A DNA stretch of 47,339 bases, from the NCBI GenBank assembly GCA_016784195.1, contig JADHVE010000001.1, forward strand, positions 1-47,339, read 5' to 3'. The position numbers were made by a program, and so were the translations under genes. Source of the stretch: Candidatus Woesearchaeota archaeon (GTDB lineage: Archaea > Nanobdellota > Nanobdellia > Woesearchaeales > GW2011-AR4). The notes under the pieces were generated by a model, which was given only the letters and a program-made list of their open reading frames with translations, did not search any database and had not been told where the DNA came from. Shown here one piece after another: positions 26,487 to 35,379 of the stretch (its first letter is position 1; each line of letters starts with the position of its first letter).

Positions 26487-26836
26487 ACTTAAAATGTCAA
26501 AGTAAATTTTTATTTTTAGTAAGTATTATTGTGAATATTCAACTTTAAAAATTTTAAATTAGAGAACCACTTTATAATTTTATCGGTTTATTCAAAAGGA
26601 ATGATAAAATAATCAATTGGGCAAATAAAGCTTAAAAATGATTATAAAAAAACAAAGGCAATGTAAATTAAACTCTCAAGACTAAAGATTTAAATAACCA
26701 TAATAAGGATAATATGACTGGGGTTAGGCTTATTGTTGGCCTCAAAATACCTCCTACAATATATGCTTAATGCGCTACAATTATCAAAACTTTTTTGTGT
26801 ATCCTTACTGGGATATTTCTGCAAAGCAGCTTTTTT

Positions 26837-29062
26837 TCAATCCTTTATTTCTTCCATGCTTAATCTTGCAAGCAAATAAGATATTGTAGATTCTGCTCCC
26901 TGATTAAGGTTGATTGATGACTCGCCAATGCCATCATAGCAGCCGCCAGTAGTCTCGTCATAAACAGACTGCTTCAAAAAATTTTCCCCTAGAAACCAAT
27001 GAAATGCTGTTATTGCATTTTCTTTATATTTCTCGTTTTTTGTTATTTTGTATGCTAAAACAAGTGTCTGGACCATTGAAGCTGTATCCACCGGCTGCTG
27101 ATCAAAATAAGCCCTGTTCTCATTTTTTAGATACCAGCCCTTATGACCTATAGGCATAAATATTTTATCTTTAAAAGTAATTGAGCTTAGAAAGTTAAGA
27201 GTTGATTCTGCAATTTCTAAATATTTTTTGTTATTGGTTGCTAAATAAGCGTAAAAAAGGGCTTCTGGGAGCTTGCTGTTTGAGTAAGTCAGGTATTTTT
27301 CAAACCAGATCCAGTCATCAGAGGCACTATTTTTGTACAATGAAACCAAGTGCTTTGATAATTTAGTTATCTTAGTAATGTTTTCAGATGAGCTTTTAAA
27401 TTTGTTGTAAAAATAGAGTCCAAGAATTATAAATGCGGCTGCTCTTGGAGACTTAATATTATCTGTTACATTTAATGAGCTAAGAAATATTTTTTCAGCC
27501 TTATCTTTAATTTCGTCTTGAATATCTTCTGTAGATAAAAGAAATCCAAGTGACCACATTGCCCTCCCATAAGCATCTTCAGACCCATGCTTTAAATTTA
27601 TTTTTTTATTTATATCAACAAAATTAAGCAGCTTTCCATCACTTTGCTGGACATATTTGATAAAATCAAGGTATATGTTTATTGATTTTAACCTAGCATC
27701 ATTTTTGAATACTGAGTAGTGCATGCAGGAAACTATCATTGCCCTTGCGTTATCGTCTAAGGTGTATCCTGAACCCTTATCTCGTGTTGTATTGTTAGAA
27801 AACTGGATAACTCCAAAGTTGTCTGTGATTTTTATAAGGTGTTTCAATCTAATTTTTGGGAATATTTTTTCATAGTTTTCAGATAATCTCCCATACTTAT
27901 CAAATGTTTTCATATAAGCTAAAGCAACATTTGGCCAGGTCATATGTCTTGTGCGGGTGTATGCATTTATTTCTATGTTCTTTTTCAAGGAAGCATCTGA
28001 CAATAATCGCAATATCCCATCTGCAAACGATTTTGGATTGTTAAACTCAGCTAAAATGCCTTTCCCTTTGTCAAGAGCTTCTTTTGCATGTAAAAATGGT
28101 GTTGAAATGCAGGCTCTGCCGCAGCCCATTGCATAGGACAATGTTCCGCTTACTGCCTGATCAGGGTTGTTATTTGAACAAATGTAAATATCAGCTGCTT
28201 TAAGGTATTTTATTATCTCGCTTAAGGTTACATATTTATTATAGAATTTTACGTTTTTATGAAGGCCCAGCTCCGCTACCTTTTTTTCAAGAAAGTTTCT
28301 ATAAGATTCTCCTTTCTCTTTTCTCACAACAGGATGGGTTGCACCAATTATAATATACAAAATATTTGGGAATTTTTTAACAACTTCAGGCAATGCATCA
28401 ATTACAGATTCGTATCCTTTGTTTGACCCCATCAGTCCAAATGATACAAGAAGGATTTTGTTTTTATATCCAATTTTTTCTTTTTCCTTTTTGCTGTCAG
28501 TAAATGGAGCAGTAGGTATTCCATGAGGAATAACCTTAATATCATTTTCAATACCATACTCATCCCTTAAAATTTCAGAGGCATTGTTCGTCATTACAAC
28601 AAAACAGGCGGTTTTTCTTGCAATAGACTGGACTACTTTCTTCATTTTATCATTCGGTTTTGGAAGCACTGAATGTAAAGTTACAATCATTGGCTTCTCC
28701 ATTATTTCCATAAAAGGAATAAGATAGTCTCCATATTGCCCTCCAAAAATGCCAAATTCATGCTGTATATTGACTGCTTTTATTGAATTATTTTTGTTTA
28801 TCTTTTTTGCTGTATCTATATACTCCTGTATGTTTGAGTCATCCATGTCAAAAAGAACATCTTCAGAGTAATTGTAAATATTAGTTGCGTTTTTGTTCAT
28901 TGCAACTATCTTTGATTTTATTTTGGGGGTGAATTTTTTATCTATTGCAGATGTCAAATCTTTTGTAAATGTAGCTATACCACATTCTCTTGGTGGAAAA
29001 GTTCCCATAAATAAAATCCAATGATTTTTTTTCTTTTGATTCATTACATGTAAAGGATACAT
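26837..29062 (-). CDS. GT4 glycosyltransferase fused to a C-terminal domain of about 350 aa (possibly an alpha/alpha toroid)
   Basis: GT4 pattern (GTFPPRECGIATF, GGQYGDY, LSEIIKYLKAADIYICS..SGTLSYAMGCGRACIST). The C-terminal half (LDDNARAMIV.., DAYGRAMWSLGFLL, GAESTISYLLA) reads like a glycoside-hydrolase-like helical repeat. The fold assignment is tentative. Confidence 0.75.
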   Translation of the reverse strand: MYPLHVMNQKKKNHWILFMGTFPPRECGIATFTKDLTSAIDKKFTPKIKSKIVAMNKNATNIYNYSEDVLFDMDDSNIQEYIDTAKKINKNNSIKAVNIQHEFGIFGGQYGDYLIPFMEIMEKPMIVTLHSVLPKPNDKMKKVVQSIARKTACFVVMTNNASEILRDEYGIENDIKVIPHGIPTAPFTDSKKEKEKIGYKNKILLVSFGLMGSNKGYESVIDALPEVVKKFPNILYIIIGATHPVVRKEKGESYRNFLEKKVAELGLHKNVKFYNKYVTLSEIIKYLKAADIYICSNNNPDQAVSGTLSYAMGCGRACISTPFLHAKEALDKGKGILAEFNNPKSFADGILRLLSDASLKKNIEINAYTRTRHMTWPNVALAYMKTFDKYGRLSENYEKIFPKIRLKHLIKITDNFGVIQFSNNTTRDKGSGYTLDDNARAMIVSCMHYSVFKNDARLKSINIYLDFIKYVQQSDGKLLNFVDINKKINLKHGSEDAYGRAMWSLGFLLSTEDIQDEIKDKAEKIFLSSLNVTDNIKSPRAAAFIILGLYFYNKFKSSSENITKITKLSKHLVSLYKNSASDDWIWFEKYLTYSNSKLPEALFYAYLATNNKKYLEIAESTLNFLSSITFKDKIFMPIGHKGWYLKNENRAYFDQQPVDTASMVQTLVLAYKITKNEKYKENAITAFHWFLGENFLKQSVYDETTGGCYDGIGESSINLNQGAESTISYLLARLSMEEIKD

Positions 29063-29161
29063 TGCACTTCAGTGCAGGAGTTAACCTTTCCTCCATAAAT
29101 TATTTCTAGCATCTTAAACTAAGATTGAGCGTGAGAGAATTTTTGTGCTCAATTTCGGTTA

Positions 29162-30211
29162 TTAAGGAGTAGAATTTGATTTATTAGACTTCCCATTTTT
29201 TTCTAGTTCATCAACGAGTTCATCAATATTTATAGAAACTGCAGCAATTCTTTGGTCAGCAGCCCCGTAATAAATATAGAGCATTTTGTCAAAAACCGCA
29301 GCTCCAGTAGGGAAAACAACTTGATTTATGTTTCCTTCCTTCTCCCATGCTTCTTCTGGAGAGAAGATTGGATTTTTAAGGCGGCCTATTAATTTGGTTG
29401 GATCTTTTTTATCCAGCAAAACTGCCCCTGCTCGGTATATTTTCCCTTTATTCATATCGTCTACTGCATGATATATCATAAGCCACCCTTTATCGGTTTC
29501 AATAGGCGGGCATCCTCCCCCAATATTCCTCGATTCATACCAGTACTTTGATTCAAGAACAACATAATCACATAATCTTTTCAGGTATTTTTTCCAGAAA
29601 GATAAAGTCAATTCTTCAAAATTATTAAAATAAATAACCTGTATATCAGGAAGTATACGGTGGAGCATAGCAAACTTTCCATTAATTTTCTTTGGAAATA
29701 AACAAGCATCTTTGTTCCAGAGTATAGCATCTTTTCCAGCAATATCCTTAAAACGTGATTCAAATAAAAAGTATCTCTCCTTTAGCTCTTTCTTGCATGA
29801 GCGGAATATATCTTCTGCTTTATCATATGTTATTTCAGGAGAAATTACCCCTTTTTTCTCCCATTTTTTAAGATCTTTACTTGTTGCATAAGCTATTCTA
29901 ACATCTTTCCCGTCATAAGCAATATAAGTCATGTAATAGGTTCCATTAAGAAAAACAACCCTTGGATCCTCTAAATTCTTTTCATATTCAAATTCCGGAA
30001 AGAGTAAAGGTTTTTCGGATCTTTCAACAACCTTTAAAGGGCCATCCAGCTTACAATAACCAATAGTTGAACGGTTGTCTTTATCCCAGGCACGATAAAA
30101 CATATGCACATACTTTCCTTCTTTGATACAGGCAGGGTTAAAAACTCCCTTATTTTCAAATTTCAGTTTAGTAGGTTCTAAAATAATACCTTCTCTTTTA
30201 ACAGTTAACAT
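29162..30211 (-). CDS. GH130 family glycoside phosphorylase/hydrolase (beta-mannoside type)
   Basis: GVFNPACIKEGKYVHMFYRA, IGYCKLDG, EDPRVVFLNGTYYMTYIAYDG, IAYATSKDLKKWEK, YYGAADQRIA. Confidence 0.85.
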   Translation of the reverse strand: MLTVKREGIILEPTKLKFENKGVFNPACIKEGKYVHMFYRAWDKDNRSTIGYCKLDGPLKVVERSEKPLLFPEFEYEKNLEDPRVVFLNGTYYMTYIAYDGKDVRIAYATSKDLKKWEKKGVISPEITYDKAEDIFRSCKKELKERYFLFESRFKDIAGKDAILWNKDACLFPKKINGKFAMLHRILPDIQVIYFNNFEELTLSFWKKYLKRLCDYVVLESKYWYESRNIGGGCPPIETDKGWLMIYHAVDDMNKGKIYRAGAVLLDKKDPTKLIGRLKNPIFSPEEAWEKEGNINQVVFPTGAAVFDKMLYIYYGAADQRIAAVSINIDELVDELEKNGKSNKSNSTP

Positions 30212-30276
30212 AAAAATAAATTTTATTAATTGATTTATAAATTATTTGGTTTCTAGGGGCTAAAAAATTTTTCCGT

Positions 30277-30323
30277 GATGATAATTCTATGAGTTGATAT
30301 TTCTCCTTATGGATGAATTCTAT
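30277..30323 (+). promoter_or_regulatory. Direct repeat in the GH130/gpgS divergent promoter region
   Basis: GATGAtAATTCTAT (30277-30290) and GATGA-ATTCTAT (30312-30323). Confidence 0.3.
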
Positions 30324-30570
30324 TTAAAATCCCCCGGAAACGTTCTTGTAGTCAGAAATAAAAAGAATAAATATCTCCTTTTCGTCGGTAGTTATTAGTA
30401 CAAAAACAAAAAAAAAATATTTACGATGAAAGCAATACAAAAGGGTTTTTAGGAGTCAATATAGGCCCATTGCTAGAAATTGCTGAGACTTAACCTACAC
30501 TAAAGTCTCGCACCTTCTTAATAGTATCAAACCACAAACAATATAAATAAACAAAAACTTATTCAATAAT

Positions 30571-31563
30571 ATGAAAGTTGAAGAATGGTTTGAAAAAAAC
30601 AAGATTAAATATAAAAGCTTCTCAAATATTAAAAAGCTGGTAGAATTAAAGAAAAAACAAAAATTAACCATCAGCTTATGCATCCCATCATATAACGAAG
30701 AGGCAACCATTGAAAAAGTAATCACAGTCTTAAAGACAAAATTAATGGACAAATACAAGCTTCTTGATGAAATTGCAGTAGTAGACAGCAACAGCACAGA
30801 TAATACATTAGAAGTAGCAAAAAAAGCAGGTGCAGATACATACAAGGCATCTGATCACTTATTCAAAAAAGGAAATATAAGGGGCAAAGGAGAAAACTTA
30901 TGGAAAGCCCTGTACTTGTTAAAAGGAGATATAATCTGCTGGGTGGATGCAGACATTAAAAACATACATCCTAGGTTTGTTTACGGAACAGTAGGCCCGT
31001 TGCTGACAAACCAAAAAATAAGATATGTTAAGCCATTCTACCAAAGGCCGTTGAAAGTCGGAGATAAAATACAGCCATTAGGCGGAGGCCGTGTAACCGA
31101 ACTGACAGTAAAGCCTTTGTTTAATATGTTTTTTCCGCGATTATCGGGCTTTATCCAGCCATTAAGCGGAGAAGGCGCTGGAAGACGCGAAACTTTAGAA
31201 AGAATACCTTACTTTACAGGCTACGGTGTAGAAACAGGCATGCTGATAGATTTAGTAAAAAAATTTGGCCTTAACTCAATAGCCCAGGTTGACCTGCACA
31301 AGCGCGTTCATCGCAACCAGGAATTATCCAGTTTAAGCAACATGGCATTCACGATTCTGCAGGTAGCAGCCAAAAGAGCCAACACTTTAGGCAAGCTGGT
31401 TTTAGTCAACAAAATAAGAAACAAACACAGGGTAATAGAAAGAAGGGGTGGAGAATACCATTTAAAGTCCAAAATAATAGCTGAAAAACAGCGCCCACCA
31501 ATGATAACCATAAAAAAATACCGAAAAAAATTCAAAAAAGAGCCTAAATGGGTTTATGCTTAA
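30571..31563 (+). CDS. gpgS: Glucosyl-3-phosphoglycerate synthase (GT81; mannosyl donor not excluded)
   Basis: IPSYNEEATI, VVDSNSTDNT, GKGENLWKAL, DADI, VKPFYQRPL, GGGRVTELTVKPL, QPLSGEGAGRRE and GYGVETGMLID parallel the mycobacterial GpgS motif by motif. Confidence 0.85.
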   Translation: MKVEEWFEKNKIKYKSFSNIKKLVELKKKQKLTISLCIPSYNEEATIEKVITVLKTKLMDKYKLLDEIAVVDSNSTDNTLEVAKKAGADTYKASDHLFKKGNIRGKGENLWKALYLLKGDIICWVDADIKNIHPRFVYGTVGPLLTNQKIRYVKPFYQRPLKVGDKIQPLGGGRVTELTVKPLFNMFFPRLSGFIQPLSGEGAGRRETLERIPYFTGYGVETGMLIDLVKKFGLNSIAQVDLHKRVHRNQELSSLSNMAFTILQVAAKRANTLGKLVLVNKIRNKHRVIERRGGEYHLKSKIIAEKQRPPMITIKKYRKKFKKEPKWVYA

Positions 31564-31599
31564 CCAAACTTATTTAAATAACCAAATTAAAAATTTCTT

Positions 31600-32403
31600 A
31601 TGCAGAAAATCATCTTCACAGATTTAGACGGCACTTTGCTCAATCACAGCACTTATTCTTTCAAAAAAGCAATGCCTGCCTTAAAGCAGATAAAAAAAAA
31701 TAAAATTCCTTTGATAATCTGCACTTCTAAAACTAAAGCAGAGATTGAGTATTACAAAAAAAAGCTAAAAAACAGCCATCCTTTTATTTCTGAAAACGGA
31801 GGAGCAATTTTTATTCCAAAAAATTATTTCAATTTTGATTTCAAGTACAATAAAAAAGATAAAAATTATTATATTATCGAATTAGGAACAGATTATAAGA
31901 AATTATTAAAAACAATAAAAAAGATAAAAGACCAAGGAATAAAAATTGTTAATTTCAAAAACATGTCTTTGAAAGAAATCTCAAAAGATGCAAATTTGTC
32001 TCTAACTAAAGCAAAATTGGCAAAAAAAAGAGGTTATGATGAACCATTTAAAATCATAGATAAAAAAGATGAAAGTAAAGTTATAAAAATAATAAAGCAG
32101 AATAATCTTAGATTCACTAGAGGGGGCAGATACTGGCATGTAATTGGCAACAACAATAAGGGCAAGGCAGTAAATATCCTCCAAGTATTATTTAAAAGAC
32201 AATTCAAAACCATAAAAACATATGCTTTTGGAGACTCAAAAAACGATTTCAAAATGCTTGATGTCGTTGACGAGTCTTATCTGGTCCAGAATCCAGATAG
32301 AAAATATGCTTCCAAAAAATATAAAAAATCAAAAGGCATAGGCCCACAAGGCTGGAACAAAATAGCATTAAAAATTGCCATAAAAAATAATAATAAAAAT
32401 TAA
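31600..32403 (+). CDS. HAD-IIB mannosyl/glucosyl-3-phosphoglycerate phosphatase family protein
   Basis: IIFTDLDGTLL, ICTSKTKAEI, FISENGGAIF, GDSKNDFKML. Immediately downstream of gpgS. Confidence 0.8.
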   Translation: MQKIIFTDLDGTLLNHSTYSFKKAMPALKQIKKNKIPLIICTSKTKAEIEYYKKKLKNSHPFISENGGAIFIPKNYFNFDFKYNKKDKNYYIIELGTDYKKLLKTIKKIKDQGIKIVNFKNMSLKEISKDANLSLTKAKLAKKRGYDEPFKIIDKKDESKVIKIIKQNNLRFTRGGRYWHVIGNNNKGKAVNILQVLFKRQFKTIKTYAFGDSKNDFKMLDVVDESYLVQNPDRKYASKKYKKSKGIGPQGWNKIALKIAIKNNNKN

Positions 32404-32423
32404 AAAACACTAACAAAAAACAT

Positions 32424-32545
32424 CCCATAGAGCACAAACAGAAGCACAATCAGTTGTGAACTTGGTTGTGTTAATTTTTATTAATTAAAATTTTTTATAA
32501 TAAAAAAACAAAACTAAAAAATATTCAAATAATTGTGCACTGTAA
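32424..32545 (+). repeat. Structured intergenic repeat, copy E (core 32424-32480), the only plus-orientation copy
   Basis: Core: CCCATAGAGCACAAACAGAAGCACAATCAGTTGTGAACTTGGTTGTGTTAATTTTTA. Then AAAAAAACAAAACTAAAAAATATTCAAATAATTGTGCAC. It lies upstream of a plus-strand gene, so its orientation relative to the downstream gene is preserved. Confidence 0.85.
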
Positions 32546-32614
32546 TAGAGCCCACCGGTTAAAAATAAAAATTTTAAAATAATAATTAAAATTTAATCAA
32601 ATAGGTGTTTTAAA

Positions 32615-33784
32615 ATAGTAGACAAAAAAAAGGCAGAGAGGATTTATAAAAAAAGTATAGAAGTTCTAAGGAAAGTCCAGTTAAAAAACGGTGGCTGCTT
32701 AGCCACGTCAAAAGGAGAACGCTACCCTTATATCTATCCAAGAGACCATGCAGTATGTATCTTAGGATTTATTTCAGCAGGCATGCATAAAGAAGCAAAG
32801 AAAGCATTGGATTTTGTGCTTAAAGGCCAGCTTGACAGTGGAGCTTTTCCTCAAAGATATGATGCAAAAGGAAACGATGCTTCCTACAAGCCAATACAGA
32901 TTGATGGCACTGGCCTGATTATATACTCTTTCACTAAATATGTCCTGGCAGTAAATAATGAAAAATTTCTTGATATGAACTGGCATAAAATACAAAAAGC
33001 AGTCAATTACATCAAGCAAAATTTCCATGAAGACAAAAATCTTATTTACACTCCAAACTCGATCCATGAATTTCCTCCAATGGAGCGGGGCTTAGAGATA
33101 TGGGCTAATAGTGTTTGCTGCGCCGCAATCAAAGAACTATGTGAAGTAACAAAAAAATATAAAAAAAATAACCGGGAATGGGCAGAATTAACCCACCAGA
33201 TACAGTCGGGAATAGAAAAGTACCTATGGAATTCCCGGGTAAATTATTTTATAAAAGTTATAAGGATTAAAGAATCTAGTTCTGTAGATATTGACATAGA
33301 TGCTTCCCAATTGGCATTATGTGAGTTCGGAATCATTTCGGATAACGACAAAAGAATGAAGTCCACCATAAAAAAAATGGAAAAAGACCTTTGGAATAAG
33401 CAATTAGGGGGGCTGTGTAGATATCATAAATACGAAGGAAGGAATAACGGCGGCTGGGGACCCTGGCCTCATTTCACTTTAATGCTCTGCAGGCATTTCA
33501 TAAGGCTGAAAAATAAAAAAAAAGCAGACAAATGTCTGGACTGGGTTTTAAAAATTGCCTATAAGGGCATGCTGCCTGAGCATATTTCAACAGTTTCAGA
33601 ATTTGAAGAGTACGTAACAGACTTTACAGAAGCAGGCTTGCTGAGGAAAGACAGGCTTATCTTAATAGGGAATGCAAGGAAACACCCCATGTTTAAGAAA
33701 GGCATAGCCTACATAACAATACCTCTTGCATGGCCTCATGCAGAATTTATTATAACCTGGAATTTATACAAGAAAGTTTTTTAG
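32615..33784 (+). CDS. GH15-family glycoside hydrolase (glucoamylase/trehalase-like), probable ATA start
   Basis: The track ORF starts at ATG 32783, but the same frame is open from 32597. It encodes conserved N-terminal GH15-like sequence (LKNGGCLATSKGERYPYIYPRDHAVCILGF) with no ATG, GTG or TTG. AGGTG (32603-32607) lies 7 nt before ATA at 32615. Confidence 0.75.
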   Translation: MVDKKKAERIYKKSIEVLRKVQLKNGGCLATSKGERYPYIYPRDHAVCILGFISAGMHKEAKKALDFVLKGQLDSGAFPQRYDAKGNDASYKPIQIDGTGLIIYSFTKYVLAVNNEKFLDMNWHKIQKAVNYIKQNFHEDKNLIYTPNSIHEFPPMERGLEIWANSVCCAAIKELCEVTKKYKKNNREWAELTHQIQSGIEKYLWNSRVNYFIKVIRIKESSSVDIDIDASQLALCEFGIISDNDKRMKSTIKKMEKDLWNKQLGGLCRYHKYEGRNNGGWGPWPHFTLMLCRHFIRLKNKKKADKCLDWVLKIAYKGMLPEHISTVSEFEEYVTDFTEAGLLRKDRLILIGNARKHPMFKKGIAYITIPLAWPHAEFIITWNLYKKVF

Positions 33785-33795
33785 AGGATTGAAAG

Positions 33796-34374
33796 TTACT
33801 TCTTTAACTTTAAGCCAACCCTACTGCTCAAAATATAACCTAGATCAAAAAACAATATAGCTCCAAACAAGGAAAAATTCCAGATTATAAAAGAAATAAT
33901 CAGAGCAGAAATCTCTAAAAAAGGCCTTAACTCTAATATTTTTCTAATATTTTTATTTATTTTTATCTTATTTGGCTTTTTTAATAATTGATTTTTTAAT
34001 AATGGCTTTCCTTCTGCAAAATCACTCAGCATCTCATCCAAAAAAGCAGCAGTAAAAAAAATAACCAAAAACAAAATATTTACTCTGCCTAGGCCCAAAA
34101 TCACTACAAAGACCAAAGCAGAAATTATTCCGGCTATATGGGCCTTAGTGTCTATCTTTCTTGCCAATATCAAAGCAAAAACAGTTCCAATCCACAAACT
34201 CGCAATTAAATTGTAATTGCTGATAACATAACCCATAAGCAGTCCATAAATAACAGCAAAAACAAACTTGTCAAATTTAAACAGTCTCAATCCATCATCT
34301 TCTATCAAATCAACTAATTTAGTTGATATGCCTGTTAAAAAAGAGATTATCAATAAAAGGGTTAATTCAATCAT
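33796..34374 (-). CDS. Polytopic membrane protein, unknown function
   Basis: Five or six hydrophobic segments. No recognised motif. Confidence 0.55.
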   Translation of the reverse strand: MIELTLLLIISFLTGISTKLVDLIEDDGLRLFKFDKFVFAVIYGLLMGYVISNYNLIASLWIGTVFALILARKIDTKAHIAGIISALVFVVILGLGRVNILFLVIFFTAAFLDEMLSDFAEGKPLLKNQLLKKPNKIKINKNIRKILELRPFLEISALIISFIIWNFSLFGAILFFDLGYILSSRVGLKLKK

Positions 34375-34399
34375 TTTATTATTCTCATTATCAATAAAT

Positions 34400-35317
34400 T
34401 TACAAAAAACCGCAAATAACTAAAGGAAATATTATTGTTGCATCTCCTTCAACATAAGCATAATTCCCTTCTTCATTTATCTTTGACCACGAAACAGCCT
34501 CTTTTGGCCTTGCTCCTGACAAACTTCCATCATACTCAGTGCCTGTTGAAATATAAACTACATAGTCCAAGCCGTCCCTTAATATATTTACTCCGATTGT
34601 ATGGTGCTTAGCTATTCCTCCGCCTAAGATGATTGCTCCTGTTTTATCTGCCTCTAAAACCCTTTTTCCAAGATTTTCCATGTCTGCTGTAACATCAATA
34701 CCAAACTCCTTAAATTTTTGTTTAAAGAAATATAAATTTAAGCCTAAAGCTCCATCTGTGATGCCTGGGCAGAAAATTGGAATCTTATTTTTTGTAGCCC
34801 AATATAAAATTGAATTTTTGTCTTCAACTTCTTTGCCAAGCTCAAAAATCAATTCTGTTGGAGAGATTAATCTTTTATTTTTAATTTGCCTAGCATACAG
34901 TTTCTTAAAAAAAGGCATTAGCTTATCTTCTAAAAGAGTATACCTATCATCAGGAACAAAAATGTTACCAATCCGGTTAACTCCTTTTTTATCCAGTTCT
35001 TTGTCATCAGCATCAAAACTTCCCAATAAAAACGGTTTTTCAGTCTTAATCAGGTCTTCCTCAATACTTCCTGCGCTGGTTATCAGGACATCAACAAACT
35101 TTTCTTTTACCAGCTGTGCAATGATCTCCCTTAATCCGCTGCTTACCATATTTGATGTAAAGCTAAGGAATACTACTGCTTTGTTTTCCTTCATTTTCTC
35201 AATAATCTTTACTGCTCTATTCAACTGTGTAGCCTGAAACCCGATATTTTCCATACCTTTAACTAACTCAGTTATCTTTGTATTCTTATTCAATTTCATT
35301 CCTTTTATCTCTTTCAT
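34400..35317 (-). CDS. dys: Deoxyhypusine synthase
   Basis: VFLSFTSNMVSSGLREIIAQLVKEKFVDVLITSAGSIEEDLIK and GGGIAKHH. Confidence 0.9.
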   Translation of the reverse strand: MKEIKGMKLNKNTKITELVKGMENIGFQATQLNRAVKIIEKMKENKAVVFLSFTSNMVSSGLREIIAQLVKEKFVDVLITSAGSIEEDLIKTEKPFLLGSFDADDKELDKKGVNRIGNIFVPDDRYTLLEDKLMPFFKKLYARQIKNKRLISPTELIFELGKEVEDKNSILYWATKNKIPIFCPGITDGALGLNLYFFKQKFKEFGIDVTADMENLGKRVLEADKTGAIILGGGIAKHHTIGVNILRDGLDYVVYISTGTEYDGSLSGARPKEAVSWSKINEEGNYAYVEGDATIIFPLVICGFL

Positions 35318-35379
35318 TTTTAATCAATCAATTTTTTAACCATCGAGTTATATTCTACTTTAACAATTATTTGTTTATT

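Noticed and set aside
24999-26762. 10-bp direct repeat CCTACAATAT as att/TSD proof that the ParB pair is a mobile insertion.
   Set aside because: A single 10-bp match between two AT-rich flanks of about 350 nt can arise by chance. There is no integrase, no tRNA target and no inverted terminal repeats. It is mentioned only as a weak hint.
30275-30330. Possible C/D-box sRNA (GTGATGA ... TTGA ... TGGATGA).
   Set aside because: C and C-prime-like boxes are present, but there is no CTGA D box at the required 12-nt guide spacing and no terminal stem. It is better explained as a direct DNA repeat.
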